Assembly (NCBI RefSeq): GCF_020745735.1
Contig: NC_083444.1
Location: forward strand, 7,570,338-7,634,337
DNA length: 64,000 bases
Reading direction: 5' to 3'
Origin: Hemiscyllium ocellatum
Taxonomy: Eukaryota
Positions 52,082 through 64,000 of the stretch are shown here, one piece after another (within the stretch, counting starts at the first letter, position 1; each line of letters opens with the position of its first letter). A program made the translations under genes and the position numbers. A model generated the notes under the pieces. It searched no databases, was not told the origin of the DNA, and saw only the letters and a program-made list of their open reading frames with translations.

Positions 52082-52170
52082 GGTCCACAAACAACACTGG
52101 CTCAACACACCGGGGACGCCATCAACTCTTAACCTTGTTGCTGCTGACCTTCGTCATGGTTGTTTTGTGA
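52082..52170 (+). CDS. Ig-superfamily gene, terminal exon: (G)STNNTGSTHRGRHQLLTLLLLTFVMVVL* (GPI-signal-like)
   Basis: Acceptor cttgcgttcttataccgacag, phase 1, stop TGA at 52168-52170, hydrophobic C-terminus, followed by AATAAA at 52394. Confidence 0.72.
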
Positions 52171-52393
52171 AAATAAGGGGCTTTTTCAGCAGAACTGGTG
52201 ATAGCTGAGCACAGATGAGGATGCAAATCTGCTTCCCCAACTGTCAGAGAGAGAGGAAGCAGCCTCTGCCTTCTCTTACAAGTCAGATGTTTACAGCGCA
52301 GGAAGACGTCAGTCAATCCTTCCACAAAGACACTCAAGTCAGTTTCCAGTTCTGGGCCCGTTCGGAGGAGGTTGATCATCACCATGTTGTCGA

Positions 52394-52399
52394 AATAAA
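52394..52399 (+). terminator. Polyadenylation signal of the Ig gene
   Basis: AATAAA about 225 nt after the stop codon, in non-repeat sequence. Confidence 0.55.
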
Positions 52400-55300
52400 G
52401 GTTTCAGGTTTTAACTGATTCTGACACGGCTCCGTGCCACACATGCACTGCATCTCGGGAGTCCTGAAGACGGGTCAATACCAGAAACGTTGACTTCCCC
52501 ACCTCCTGATGCTGCCTGGCTTGCTGTGTTCTTCCAGCCTCCTGCCTGTCCACCTTGGATCCCAGCATCTACACGGTTTTTTTTTCTGTCTCGGGGAAAG
52601 CAGAAGGTTGGCTGGAGGAACTCCAGCTGAAGTCTAGGAGCAACACCAAGAGAAGGAACAGATACCGCAGATCTTGGAAGTTTCATAGAGTCCCTATAGT
52701 GTAGAAACAGGCCCTTCAGCCCAACAAGTCCATACTGACCCTCTGAAGAGAATCCCACCCAGACCCGTTGCCCTGTTACTCTACATTTACCCCTGACTAA
52801 TGCACCTAACCCACACATCCCTGGACACTATGGGCACTTTAGCATAGCCAATCCACTCTAATGTGTGGGTATATGAATAGAAGGGATATGGGCTGGGTGG
52901 TGGCAGGTGGGACTAGATTGGGTTGGGATATCTGGTCAGCATGGACAAGTTGGACTGAAGGGTCTGTTTCTGTGTTGTACATCTCTGTGACTATAACCTA
53001 CACATTCATAGACACTAATGCATAGCCAATCCACCACAACCTGCACACTATAGCAGAGTCAATTCACCCTAACCTGCACATCTTTGGATTGTGAGAGGAA
53101 ACTGGAGCACCCAGAGGAAATCCACGCAGACACGGGGAGAATGTGAAACTCCACAGACAAATACCCCGAGGTTGGAATCGAACCCAGGTCCCTGACGCTG
53201 TGAGGCAACAGTGCTAACCACAGAGCCACCATGCCGTCCCACGCTGGGCAGATTGTCCTTGCCCTCAGGGTCTTCTTGCCTCTCGCGACATTTTCTGCCA
53301 TTTCAGCTACTCCTGCTTCAGAGTCGCAGGTTCGAACCCCGCTCTGTGGCAGAGCTTGGGAGTGGTGGGGAATGGGGGTGTGAGAAGGTAAACTTGATTG
53401 ATTGATTGTCACGCGTACCAAAGTACAGTGACAAGAATTGTTTACAAGCAGACCACAGTGAGCAAGGGATGCACAGATGAAATACACTCAGACAGAGGCA
53501 CACAGGGCATTCCCTGGGCAAGATCAACTTGGCTCAGAGGAACATGGGAAAATGTCAAGGATGGACAAGGGAATTAACGCCCCCCCCGCCAATAGCCATC
53601 TTTCTCCAGAGGGAGGGAGGGAGAGCGCAAGAGTTGACGATCTGGCCATTGTCACATTACTCCTCTGTGGGATCTTGCTGTGCTGATGACGACGGTTCCC
53701 AGTGCCGCGGCAGTGCCAAGACTTCGGAGCTGGTTCCTGACTCTTTCTGGAGCATAGGGCCCGGAATTAAAACCCAACCTGATGGCGACTGCGCCGTCGA
53801 TGTCCGTAAAAGTCGCCCCCCCACCCCACCTTCTGGCCCTCCCATTCAGTAGGGAAATCCACCCTCCCTCACCTGCTCGGGACCTACACGTGACTCCAGA
53901 CCTGAAGGCGTTAACACGTAACTGCCCTCTAAGATGGTCCACTCGGTTCCAAGGGGCTGCGGTTGGTGATAGGGGTCTTGACAGCAATCACATGGAATGG
54001 TTAGCAAAACAAAGTTCCGGAAGGGCGCTATACCAATTCAAAGTCTTTTCTCCTCTCTATTTCCTTTCTCTTCCCCTCAGGAAGTCTCTGGATTGTGTCC
54101 ACTGAGTTTTAATTCTCAGCTACACTAGGAACTGATGATAATCAGAGGGTTCAAGGGTTAAGCTTTCAGGAGGGACATTAACAAGTAAGAACAGGGGGAG
54201 GCCATTCACCCCCTCGAATCTGTTCTGCCTTGAAAACAATCAGGATTGATCTTATCTCGGCCTCAGTTCCACTCTGCTGCCTGCTCTCCTTTAACCAGTT
54301 GCTAATTAAAAAATCTGTCTCCTCCTTACATTTACCCAGCTTCCATAGCACTCTGGGGCGAGTGAATTGCACAGATTCCCCACCCTTTGAGAGAAGTAAT
54401 TCCTCCCCATCTCTGTTTTAAATCTGCCATCCCCTTGTCCCAAAACTGTGACCTCTCGGTCCAGATGGCCCTACACGGGGAATCACCCTCTCTACATCAA
54501 TTTTGTCAATCTCCTTTCGCATCTTGTAGACCTCAGTTATAACTTCTCTCCTTCTAAACACCAGACAATACACACCACTCCGTCTCTGTTCGTAAGACAT
54601 TCTTTGTCTCTGGAATCAATCTGGTGAATCTGCCCTGAGTTGCCTCCAATGTGTGGACTGTTAATGACTAGTCCTCCCAACCTTGCTGGATAGACCCAGC
54701 AATGTGAGAGCAAGCCATTTTTGGACCATCTAGTCCACACCGACCCTGTGAAGGGTATCATGTTCAAGTCGTTTTGCCTCATCTGTGGCTTTTTCATTTA
54801 CCAGTTATTTTCCTTTGCAACCAGCAGTCACATGTTAACAGTGGTTGAGAAGTTAACTGTTTGCAAATGGAACAATTCTACACGAGACTGCTTCCCACTC
54901 TCTAGTCGGTGTTAATCAGAACTCACACCTTGCGTGTGTTAGAAAAACCCGTTGTGAGGTTTACTGAAAGTTGCATCTGACCAGACCTTTGGTAACAGTA
55001 ACTTTAGTTGTGGGTGTGAAAGCAGCCCACTGCTGGCAGAATCTGCATGATCTCCCTCTGCAAGGACTGTGCTGTTCAAGAAAGAGGCCATTCCACCATC
55101 TGAATCCCTCCAGTATGGGAACAGGCCATTCGGCCCAACAAGTCCACGTCGACCTTCTGAACAGTAACCCAGCCAGACCCATTCCCCTACCCTAACTAAT
55201 GCGCCCATATATCCCTGGACACTATGGGCAATCTCCCATGGTCAATCCACCCTAACCTGCACATCTTTGGAGTGTGGGAGGAAACCGGAGTACCCGGAGA

Positions 55301-55868
55301 TTACCCACTCAGACACGGGGAGAACATGCAAACTCCACACCTACAGTCGACTGAACCTGAGTCCCTGGCACTGTGAGGCAGGAGTGTTAACCGCTGAGCC
55401 ACTGTGCCCACCTCTGGTCCAGTATCTCCTCACCTCCTCTTCATCTCACCCCTTCTCCCAGAAGCGAAACACTGTGGGGGATCGGGAACATAAATGGAGA
55501 GCTGCTGGAGAAACTCAGCAGGTCTGGCATGATTAGAAGGAGGGGGCATTTAGCACCCTCAAGCCCGTTCCAACATTCACCAGCTGATCCCTGGCCTAAC
55601 TCCACTTTTTGATCCATATCCCCTTAGCTTAACACGACATCATCAATCTCTGATTTAATATTTTTTTTATTCATTCACAGGGCATCACTGGCTACGCCCA
55701 GAATTTATTGCCCATCCCTAATTGCCCCAAGGGCAGTTAAGAGTCAACTGTATTGCTGTGGGTCTGGAGTCACGTGTAGGCCAGACCAGGTAAGGATGTC
55801 TGTTTCCTTTCCTAAAGGACATTAGTGAAGGGGTGTAATCAACACATGATCATCATTGACCTATTAAT

Positions 55869-56180
55869 TAGATTAGATTAGATTACTTACAGTATGGAAA
55901 CAGGCCCTTCGGCCCAACAAGTCCACACCGACCCGCCGAAGCGCAACCCACCCATACATTTACCCCTTACTTAACACTACGGGCAATTTAGCATGGCCAA
56001 TTCACCTGGCCTGCACATCTTTGTGACTGTGGGAGGAAACCGGAGCACCCGGAGGAAACCCACGCAGACACGGGGAGAACGTGCAAACTCCACACAGTCT
56101 GTCGCCTGAGGCAGGAATTGAACCCGGGTCTCTGGCGCTGTGAGGCAGCAGTGCTAACCACTGTGCCACCGTGCCGCCCA
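55869..56180 (-). mobile_element. Full-length HE1 SINE
   Basis: (TCTAA)n tail and full consensus. Confidence 0.9.
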
Positions 56181-56599
56181 CTTTTTCCAGATCTTTTTTA
56201 GTTACTGAATTCAAACTCCACTCTTTGTGGTGCAGTTGAACCAGAACATTCCCTGGGTTTTTGGATTAACAATCCAACGATAATAAGACAAGACTGATAC
56301 CTCCCCAGTGAATGCGGTCATTCAATGAACAACTGACTCAGCATCCATTGTTGTTTGTGGAGCAGAGTTCCAAACCTCTCCCACCCTCTGTGTGTAGACG
56401 TACTGCCTAACATCTCACTTGAATAGTCTGGCCCTGAATCTCGACTGAACCAGTTTAAAATCTATTGGGAGCTTCCCCAGCAATCCCGGTAACAGAGGAC
56501 AGAGCGCCAGTCTGGTCAATCATTTTTTAATCAGCTTAACAACTCAGTTCATGCAAGTGAGTCACAATCCTCAGGTCCACCACCTCCATAATGTAGAAT

Positions 56600-57580
56600 A
56601 TATGCAGTGTTCCCAGTGCGGTATCGAGACCGGACTGTACACAGTGTTCCTAGTGTGGTATCGAGACTGGACTGTACACAGTGTTCCTAGTGTGGTATCG
56701 AGACTGCACTGTACACAATGTTCCCAGTGTGGTATCGAGACCGGACTGTACCCAATGCTCCCAGTTAGGTATAGAGACCGGACTGTGCACAGTTTACTAT
56801 ACAGATCAGACTGTACACAGTGTAATATAGACACTGGACTGTACACAGTGCTCCCAGTGTGGTATAGAGACCGGACTGTACACAGTGCTCTCTGTGTGAT
56901 ATAGAGACCAGACTGTACACAGTGCTCTCTGTGTGATATAGAGACCAGACTGTACGCAGTGCTCTCAGTGAGATATAGAGACGGGACCATACACCATGTG
57001 GTATAGAGACCAGTCTGTACACAGTGTGATATAGAGACTGGACTGTACACAGTGGTCTCAGTGTGATATAGAGACCAGACTGGACACAGTGTCCCCAGTG
57101 TGGTATAGAGACTGGACTGCGCCCAGTGCTCCCAGCGTGGTATAGAGACCGGATTGTACACAGTGTAATATAGAGACCGGACTGTACATGGTGTGATATA
57201 GAGACCAGACTGTACACAGTGCTCCCCGTGTGGTATAGAGACCGGACTGTACATAGTGTAATATAGAGACCGGACTGGACACAGTGCCCTCAGTGTGATA
57301 TAGAGACCGGACTGTACACAGTGCCCTCAGTGAGATATAGAGACCGGACTGTACACAGTGCTCCCAGTGTGATATAGAGACCAGACTGGATACAGTGCTC
57401 CCAGTGTGATATAGAGACCGGACTGTACACAGTGCTCCCAGTGTGACATAGAGACCGGACTGTACACGATGCTCTCAGTGTGATATAGAGACTGAACTGT
57501 ACACAGTGCTCCCAGTGTGATATACAGACTGCACTGTACACAGTGCTCCCAGTGTGATATAGAGACTGGACTGTACGCAG
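56600..57580 (+). repeat. About 31-bp minisatellite (gtgtgatatagagaccggactgtacacagtgctccca and shorter variants)
   Basis: About 30 tandem units. Confidence 0.93.
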
Positions 57581-58393
57581 TAGACAATAGTCAAGACCCT
57601 GTACAATTGCAGCAAGACATATCTGCTTCTGTATTCGTACCTACCACGGCCAACATCCCATTTGCCTCCTCCGCTGCCTGCTGTATTTGCAACGTTCACT
57701 TTCCGCGACTGGTGTATCGAGACACCCAGGTCTCGTCACTCGTCTCCCCTTCCTGATCTATCCCCATTCAGGTAATAATCTGCCTTCTCCTATTTTTGCC
57801 ACCAAAGTGGATAACCTCACGGGTGATCCACATTGCATGGCGTCTGCTGTGCTTTTGCCGGCTCACTCCATTTGTCCGAATCGCGCTGAGCGCCCTCTGC
57901 GTCCTCCTTCATAGTTCCGCCTCCAGAGCAACGTACTGTCATCCAAGTATGGAATCTCACTCACTAACAACACCGTGGAAGTGTCCCCTACATTGTATAG
58001 AGTGTACCAGCTCACCCCCACCTACTTGGGGGGTGTGGGGGGAAGGTGAGTGCAATTGGGGGCGAGGTATAAGACCAAGAAAAATTTGAGCTGGACGGGC
58101 TGTTTTGTGAATGCATTCTCACACTTTTGCAAGCCAGCTGCGTGACTGCCAACTCACACTCTATGTGTGCTGTCAGATGCAAAGTTCATGAGATGCAATG
58201 CCCTGGCCTTACTGAACACAATTACATAAGCGCAGTTATTGCGAAATCTCACGTTTAATGTCTAGGCAACACTCAGTTGAGGGAACCTACCCACATCCTG
58301 TCCAACCTCAGTCGCTGGGCGGATGCAGCGCAGAGTTTAAAAAGCTGCAGAGTTGCAATAAACAGAGGCAGATTACCCTCCAACTCAGCCGAA

Positions 58394-58460
58394 ATGGGAT
58401 TTGAAGCCGCCTTAAAGACTTTCACCGCCCTGCTCGTCTTTCTGGCCTTGGATCTTCAAG
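58394..58460 (+). CDS. Signal-peptide exon of a further gene: MGFEAALKTFTALLVFLALDLQ(G)
   Basis: gaaATGG start context, hydrophobic core, phase-1 donor G|gtaaga at 58461; unique-sequence context. Confidence 0.6.
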
Positions 58461-59621
58461 GTAAGAACACTGTGAGGAAATTCCAGTTGCACTCTGTTGG
58501 GTGGACAATACCCGTCTCAAATGCTGTGCCGATGGAGTTTCAAACCCTACCAAAGCCGCTGGCGGATTTTTATTGCAATCGATTTCAATTGAAGGCCAGT
58601 CTCAGAACATGAGACCTGGGAGCAGGAGGAGGCCATCTTGTCGCTGCTCTGCCATTCAATGAGAACATGGCTAGCTCTTTCTCGTAGACTCGGCTCTGCT
58701 TGCTCACCCTTAATTCCTTTCCGGTTCCAAAATCAACATTCAACGGGTTGGCCTCAACTGCTCCCCTGGGCAGGGAATTCCACAGATTCACAAACCTCTG
58801 GGGGTAGAAGGTCCTCCTCAACTCAGTCCCAAATCTGCTCCTCCTTATTTTGAGGCTACACCCCCCCTCGTTCTAGTTTCACCCCCCAGTGGAAACCACT
58901 TCCCTGCTTCTAGCTTCTCTGTTCCCTTCATAATTTAATATGTTTCGTGAAGACTACCCCCTCATTCCACAAAGTTCCAATGAGTATCGGCCCAGTCCCA
59001 GTCTCTCCCGTGTTATCAAACCCTTGTGTTGAGCCTTTGACTCCTCAGTCAGTCACAGGATGCGGGTGTCACTGGCTAAGTCAGTGTGTACGGCCAATCC
59101 TGAACTGTCTGCAGTAAGATAGCTATTCTTAAACGGTTGCATGTGGCTTGAGCACATCTACCAACAGTTCAAGAACAGCCTCTTATTAGGCTTCTCTATG
59201 GAGCTTCTTAATTTCAACTAACATTGATCTTTGTACACTTTCTGTGCAGGTGTAAACTTGTATGCCTCACTCTGCCTGTACCCCTGATGATCTGAATGTC
59301 CTTGTTTGCTATGAGCTGCCTGTACTGCTCACAAAACAAAACTTTTCTGTGTACGCAGGTACATGTGATAATACTAAATCAAACATTGCTTTAAATCTGG
59401 ATTTTAAGAAATGCCATGAGCCTTTAATCCTCTATTTGAGGTTTCGCAGGTTCAAATCCCACCATTACCCGAATTTAAATCTGAAATTCAGAGTCAGGGA
59501 GCTGTACAGCACAGAAACAGATCCTTCGGTCCAACTAATCCATGCCAATCAGATATCTGAAATTAATCTAGCCAGCACCCAGCCCATATCCCTCTAAATT
59601 CTTCCTATTCATGTACCCAGC

Positions 59622-59838
59622 TGAAAAATGTGTTGCTGGAAAAGCGCAACAGGTCAGGCAGCATCCAAGGAGCAGGAGAATCGACGTTTCGGGCATAAGC
59701 CCTTCTTCAGGAATCCTGAAGAAGGGCTTATACTTGAAACGTAGATTCTCCTGCTCTTTGGATGCTGCCTGACCTGCTGTGCCTTTCCAGCAACACATTT
59801 TTCAGCTCTGATCTCTAGCATCTGCAGTCCTCACTTTC
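59622..59838. mobile_element. Penelope-tail fold-back element inserted in a CR1 3' UTR
   Basis: Near-perfect inverted arms centred on cttcttcaggaatcctgaagaag; TSD cctattcat(g/a)tacc. Confidence 0.85.
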
Positions 59839-60479
59839 CCCTATTCATATACCATCCAGATGCCTTTTAAATGTTGTAATTGTACCAGCCTCCACCACTT
59901 CCTCTGGCAGCTCATTCCAAACATGCATCACCTTCTGCATGAAATAGTCACCCCCCCGCACCCCCCACACCTCACCTTACTCAGATTTTGGATATTGTAT
60001 GAACAATTAGATGGCATGGGATTAGGGATAATCTGTTGTAATAGATAGAGAACTGGTTGGCAGACAGGGAGCTAACAGTAGGATTAAACAGATCTTTTTC
60101 TGAGTGGCAGACAATGACTAGAAGAGCCCAGTGCTTCAGATGAACAATTACACAGATATGGGACAAATGCTGGCAAATGTGACCAGGTCAGGTGAATTGG
60201 CCATGCTAAATTGCCCATAATGTTAGGTGCATTGGTCAGGTCTAATTATAGCATACGTGAATGGGTCTGGGTGAGTTACTCTTTGGAGGGCCAGTGTGGA
60301 CTTGTTGGGCTGAAGGGCCTGTTTCCATACTGTAGAGAATCTAAACTAAATGTGACTAGGTCATATTGGAATGTCTGGTTTGCATGGACAAGTTGTACCA
60401 AAGGGTCCGTTTCTGTATGACCCTGTGACTCTAATCCATCTTCACTTGAGGATGCTCCAGTGCTTGAGTACATTTACAG

Positions 60480-61120
60480 CTGAGACAGACAGATCTTTGT
60501 TTTTTTTGGAATTAGGGGAAATAGGGAGAACTGTCCAGGAGTTGGGACATCATGTTAGGGCTGTGCAAAACGTTGGTGAGGCCACATGTGGAGCACTGCG
60601 TACAATCCTGGGTTGCCCTGCTACAGGAATGATGTTGTAAACTGGAATGGGTGCCAAAAAGATTTGACAGGGATGTTACTGAGACAGGAGGGTTTTAGTT
60701 ACAAGGAGAGGCGGGGAATGTTTCCTTGGACGTCGAAGACTGAGGGGTGACCTGACAGAGACTTATAAAGTCATGAGGGGCATGGATAAGGTGAATGGTC
60801 AAGGTCATTTCCCTGGAGTAGGGAAGCCCAAAACCCAGAGATTTAAAGTGAGAGAGAAAAGATATAAATGTGACCTGAGGGGCAACTTTTTCACACAGAG
60901 GAAATGATATGTGTATGGAACAAGCTACCATAGGAAGTGGTAGAGACAGGTACAATCACAACATTGAGAAGACATTTAGACGGGTACATTATTTGGAAGA
61001 ATTTAGAGGGATATGGGCAAAATGTGGGCAAAGGTGCTAATTTAGTATGGGAACCTTGGTCAGCATGGACATGTTGGGCCAAATGGTCTGTTTCTGTGCT
61101 GTATGACTCTATTACTCTAA
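60480..61120 (+). mobile_element. CR1 3' fragment
   Basis: CR1 ORF2 C-terminus and tail. Confidence 0.8.
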
Positions 61121-61508
61121 TCTGTCTTGGCTCAGTTGGCTGATTTGCAACGCAGTCTCACCCCAACAGCGTGGGTTCAATCCCCACAGCAGCTAAGGTT
61201 GCCATGAAGGCATGAGACATGGTGACTCTCAACTTGGACTGATCACCAGTTATCTCTCTTTTGTGAGAGAGTGGGAAAACAGTGACTTTATTTCTGCATT
61301 GTACCAATTCCTTTAATCAGCAGTACTTGCTGTGGTCTATGAAGCTGGGTTTGAACACTGCAGTAATTCTCTCCCTTTTCCTCTCTCTGTCAAGAGTTTT
61401 CTCTTGATGCATTTTTCCCTCCTAAATTGTAGAATTGCCTGTGAGATAACCTATTTTACTGAATTTGCCATTGCCAAGGGTGTATACATGGGATATTACT
61501 ATATTGGA

Positions 61509-61822
61509 ACAATTAGATTAGACTAGACTAGACTTACAGTGTGGAAACAGACCCTTCGGGCCAACAAGTCCACACTGACCTGCCGAAGCGCAACCCATCC
61601 ATACCCCTACATTTACTCCTTACCTAACACTACGGCCAATTTAGCATGGCCAATTCACCTGACCCGCACATCTTTGTGACTGTGGGAGGAAACCGGAGCA
61701 CCCAGAGGAAACCCACGCAGACACGGGGAGAACATGCAAACTCCACACAGTCAGTCGCCTGAGTCGGGAATTGAACCCGGATCTCAGGTGCTGTGAGGCA
61801 GCAGTGCTAACCACTGTGCCAC
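61509..61822 (-). mobile_element. Full-length HE1 SINE
   Basis: Consensus with (TCTAG/TCTAA)n tail. Confidence 0.9.
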
Positions 61823-62934
61823 CCACAATTACTGTTGAATAGTTCAATAATCTATTATTCTATTAAGTTTTCCAGTTAAGTTATTCCAATTTCTGCTTTC
61901 TCTTGTATTTTAACTGAAGGGTTTGAATAAAGTGCGTTTTACTTCGAACCTGGAAGTTTAACCAATTGATTTACATCCGGAACACAATGTCTTAACACTT
62001 GCGTTTAAAATAAAAAAAAGTTAAAGTCTCAGCCACCTTCTTAATATGTTTAGAGAGGGTTTAGTCTGGTTTTAACAGTTGTGACGATGCGTAACTCCCT
62101 ATCCAAAAGACCTTTTGAGAAACAGGAACATTTTAGAAGACATAAAGGTCCCTACGGGTTAAGAACTGGAATGGTGGAAGGGGTGGCTCTCTCTCTTTCG
62201 GCTCACACACTCACAAAGACCCTTTCAAACACCATAAAGTTTACAATCTGGAGAGATTGAGCAAACTAGACTATTCACATAGAGTCTCAGAGTTGTACCG
62301 TACGGAAACAGACCTTCTGGTCAACTGATCCATGCCGACCAGATATCTTAAATTAATGCAGCCCTATTTGCCAGCACTTGGCCCATACCCTTCCAAACCT
62401 TTCCCATCCAAATGTATTTTAAATGTTATAATTGTACCAGGCTCCACCACTTCCTCTAGCAACTCATTCCATACACGCACCATTCTCTGCATGAAAATGT
62501 TGCCTCTCGGGTCCCTTTTAAACCTTTTCCCTCTCACCTTAAACCTGCACCCCCTCTAGTTTTGGACCCTGGGGACAAGACCTTGCCTATTCTCTTACTA
62601 TGCCCCTCATGATTTTATAAAGCTCTGTAAGATCACTCTGTAAGATCATGCTCATTGGAATCTAGAAGAATGAGGGGATATCTTAGGCAAACATATCAAA
62701 TGATGAAGGGAGTAGATAAGATAAGCAGGGAGGTTGTTTCCACTGGTGAGTGAAACTAGAACGAGGGAGCATAGCATCAAAATAGTGGAGAGCATATTTA
62801 GGACTGAGTTATGGAGGAATTTTTCCCCCCAAACGGTTGTGAACCTGTGGAATTCCCTGCCCAGGGAAACAGTTGAGGCTACCTAGTTGAATGTTGATAG
62901 GTAGATTTTGGAACAGTAACGAATTAAGGGTGAG

Positions 62935-63880
62935 GACGGGGTTGTAAGTTTGCTTGCTGAGCTGGTAGGTTTGTTCTCAGACATTTGGTCACCATGCTCA
63001 GTAACATTATAAGTGAAGTGCTGGTATACTGTCCCGCTTTCTGTTTATGTGTCTTGGTCTGATGTGGTGGGTGATACCGCTTTTCTGAATGGTTGGTAAA
63101 TGGCGTCCAAATCGACGTATTGTTGACGGAGTTCCAGTTTGAATGCCAGGCCTGTGGGAATTCCCGTCTAGCCTATCCCAGGATGGATATATGGTCCCAG
63201 TCGAACTGGTGTCCCTCATTCCCTGTGTGTAAGGTTAGATGAATTGGCCACGCTAAGTTGCCCGTAGTGTTAGGTGCAGGGGTAAATGGAGGGGAATGGG
63301 CCTGGGTGGGTGCGCTTTGGCAGGTCGGTGTGGACTTGTTGGGCCGAAGGGACTGTTTCCACACTGTAAGTAATCTAATCTAATGATAGTTGATCGTGTC
63401 TTTGGGTGGCTAGTCGGTGCTCATGTATCCTGATGGTAATGTTTCTTGCAGTCCTTGCAGGGTATTTTGTATATGACGTTCATTCTGCTGGTTGTTGGTA
63501 TGGGGTCCTTTAGATTAATTAGGAGCCGTTTCAGTGTGCTGGTAGGTTTGTGGGCTACCACGATGCATATGGGTTGGAGTAGTCTTGTCATCATCTCTGA
63601 GATGTTTTTAATGTATGATAGTGTGGCTAGAGTCTCTGGGAGTGTTGTGTCTTCTTGCTTAGATTTGTGATTTGGAGATGCCGGTGTTGGACTGGGGTGT
63701 ACAAAGTTAAAAATCACACAACACCAGGTTATAGTCCAACAGGTTTAATTGGAAACACACTAGCTTTCAGAGCGTCGGACTATAACCTGGTGTTGTGTGA
63801 TTTTTAACTGTTTAGATTTGGACCGTGTTTGTTGCGTACCCATTGTTCCTGAATGCGTTGTATAGGTTTTTTTGGATAGA
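62935..63880 (-). mobile_element. Penelope-like element 3' fragment (RT end and GIY-YIG endonuclease) with nested SINE tail (63225-63383) and hairpin insertion (63668-63811)
   Basis: NNGY.., YIKNISEM..RLL, VAHKPT, NVIYKIPCKDCKKHY, REF.QAW motifs. Confidence 0.85.
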
Positions 63881-64000
63881 GAGTTACACATCCTCACCAT
63901 TGTTAAAGACCAGACTAAACCCTTTCAAAACATATTAAGAAGGTGGCCAAGACTCTAACTTTTTTAAAATTTTAAACACAAGGGTTAAGGCATTGTGTTC

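Noticed and set aside
33908-52170. Calling the Ig gene CD4 or LAG-3 because of the SPSB neighbour
   Set aside because: Only two domains, no transmembrane segment and no cytoplasmic CxC or other signalling motif; SPSB2 orthology is itself unproven.
52215-52418. 67-aa ORF ending HVVEIKVSG, like an Ig G-strand
   Set aside because: No acceptor or other Ig motifs; it overlaps the predicted 3' UTR and poly(A) signal.

Overview
Eukaryotic, repeat-dense genomic DNA, almost certainly from a shark (inferred from HE1-type SINEs, HER1/CR1 LINEs and Penelope-derived repeats). Host genes: (1) a 694-nt SPSB-family (SPRY + SOCS box) coding exon on the minus strand at 2507-3200; (2) a four-exon gene assembled by eye on the plus strand (33908-33980, 38655-38993, 44586-44927, 52082-52170; all junctions phase 1, GT-AG), encoding about 280 aa: signal peptide, IgV, atypical Ig-like domain and a GPI-anchor-type tail; (3) a signal-peptide exon of a further gene at 58394-58460. 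Mobile DNA: a near-complete class I (gamma/epsilon-like) endogenous retrovirus (14379-21770, minus), a decayed three-zinc-finger R2 retrotransposon with no 28S rDNA flanks (about 24130-29590, minus), a solo LTR inside a C-rich satellite, and about 16 Penelope-tail elements carrying minimal hammerhead ribozyme motifs, several as fold-back palindromes. Also many CR1 fragments, SINEs, minisatellites and one N-gap. No CRISPR array, rRNA or tRNA gene was found. All calls were made by eye without database searches; repeat coordinates are approximate.
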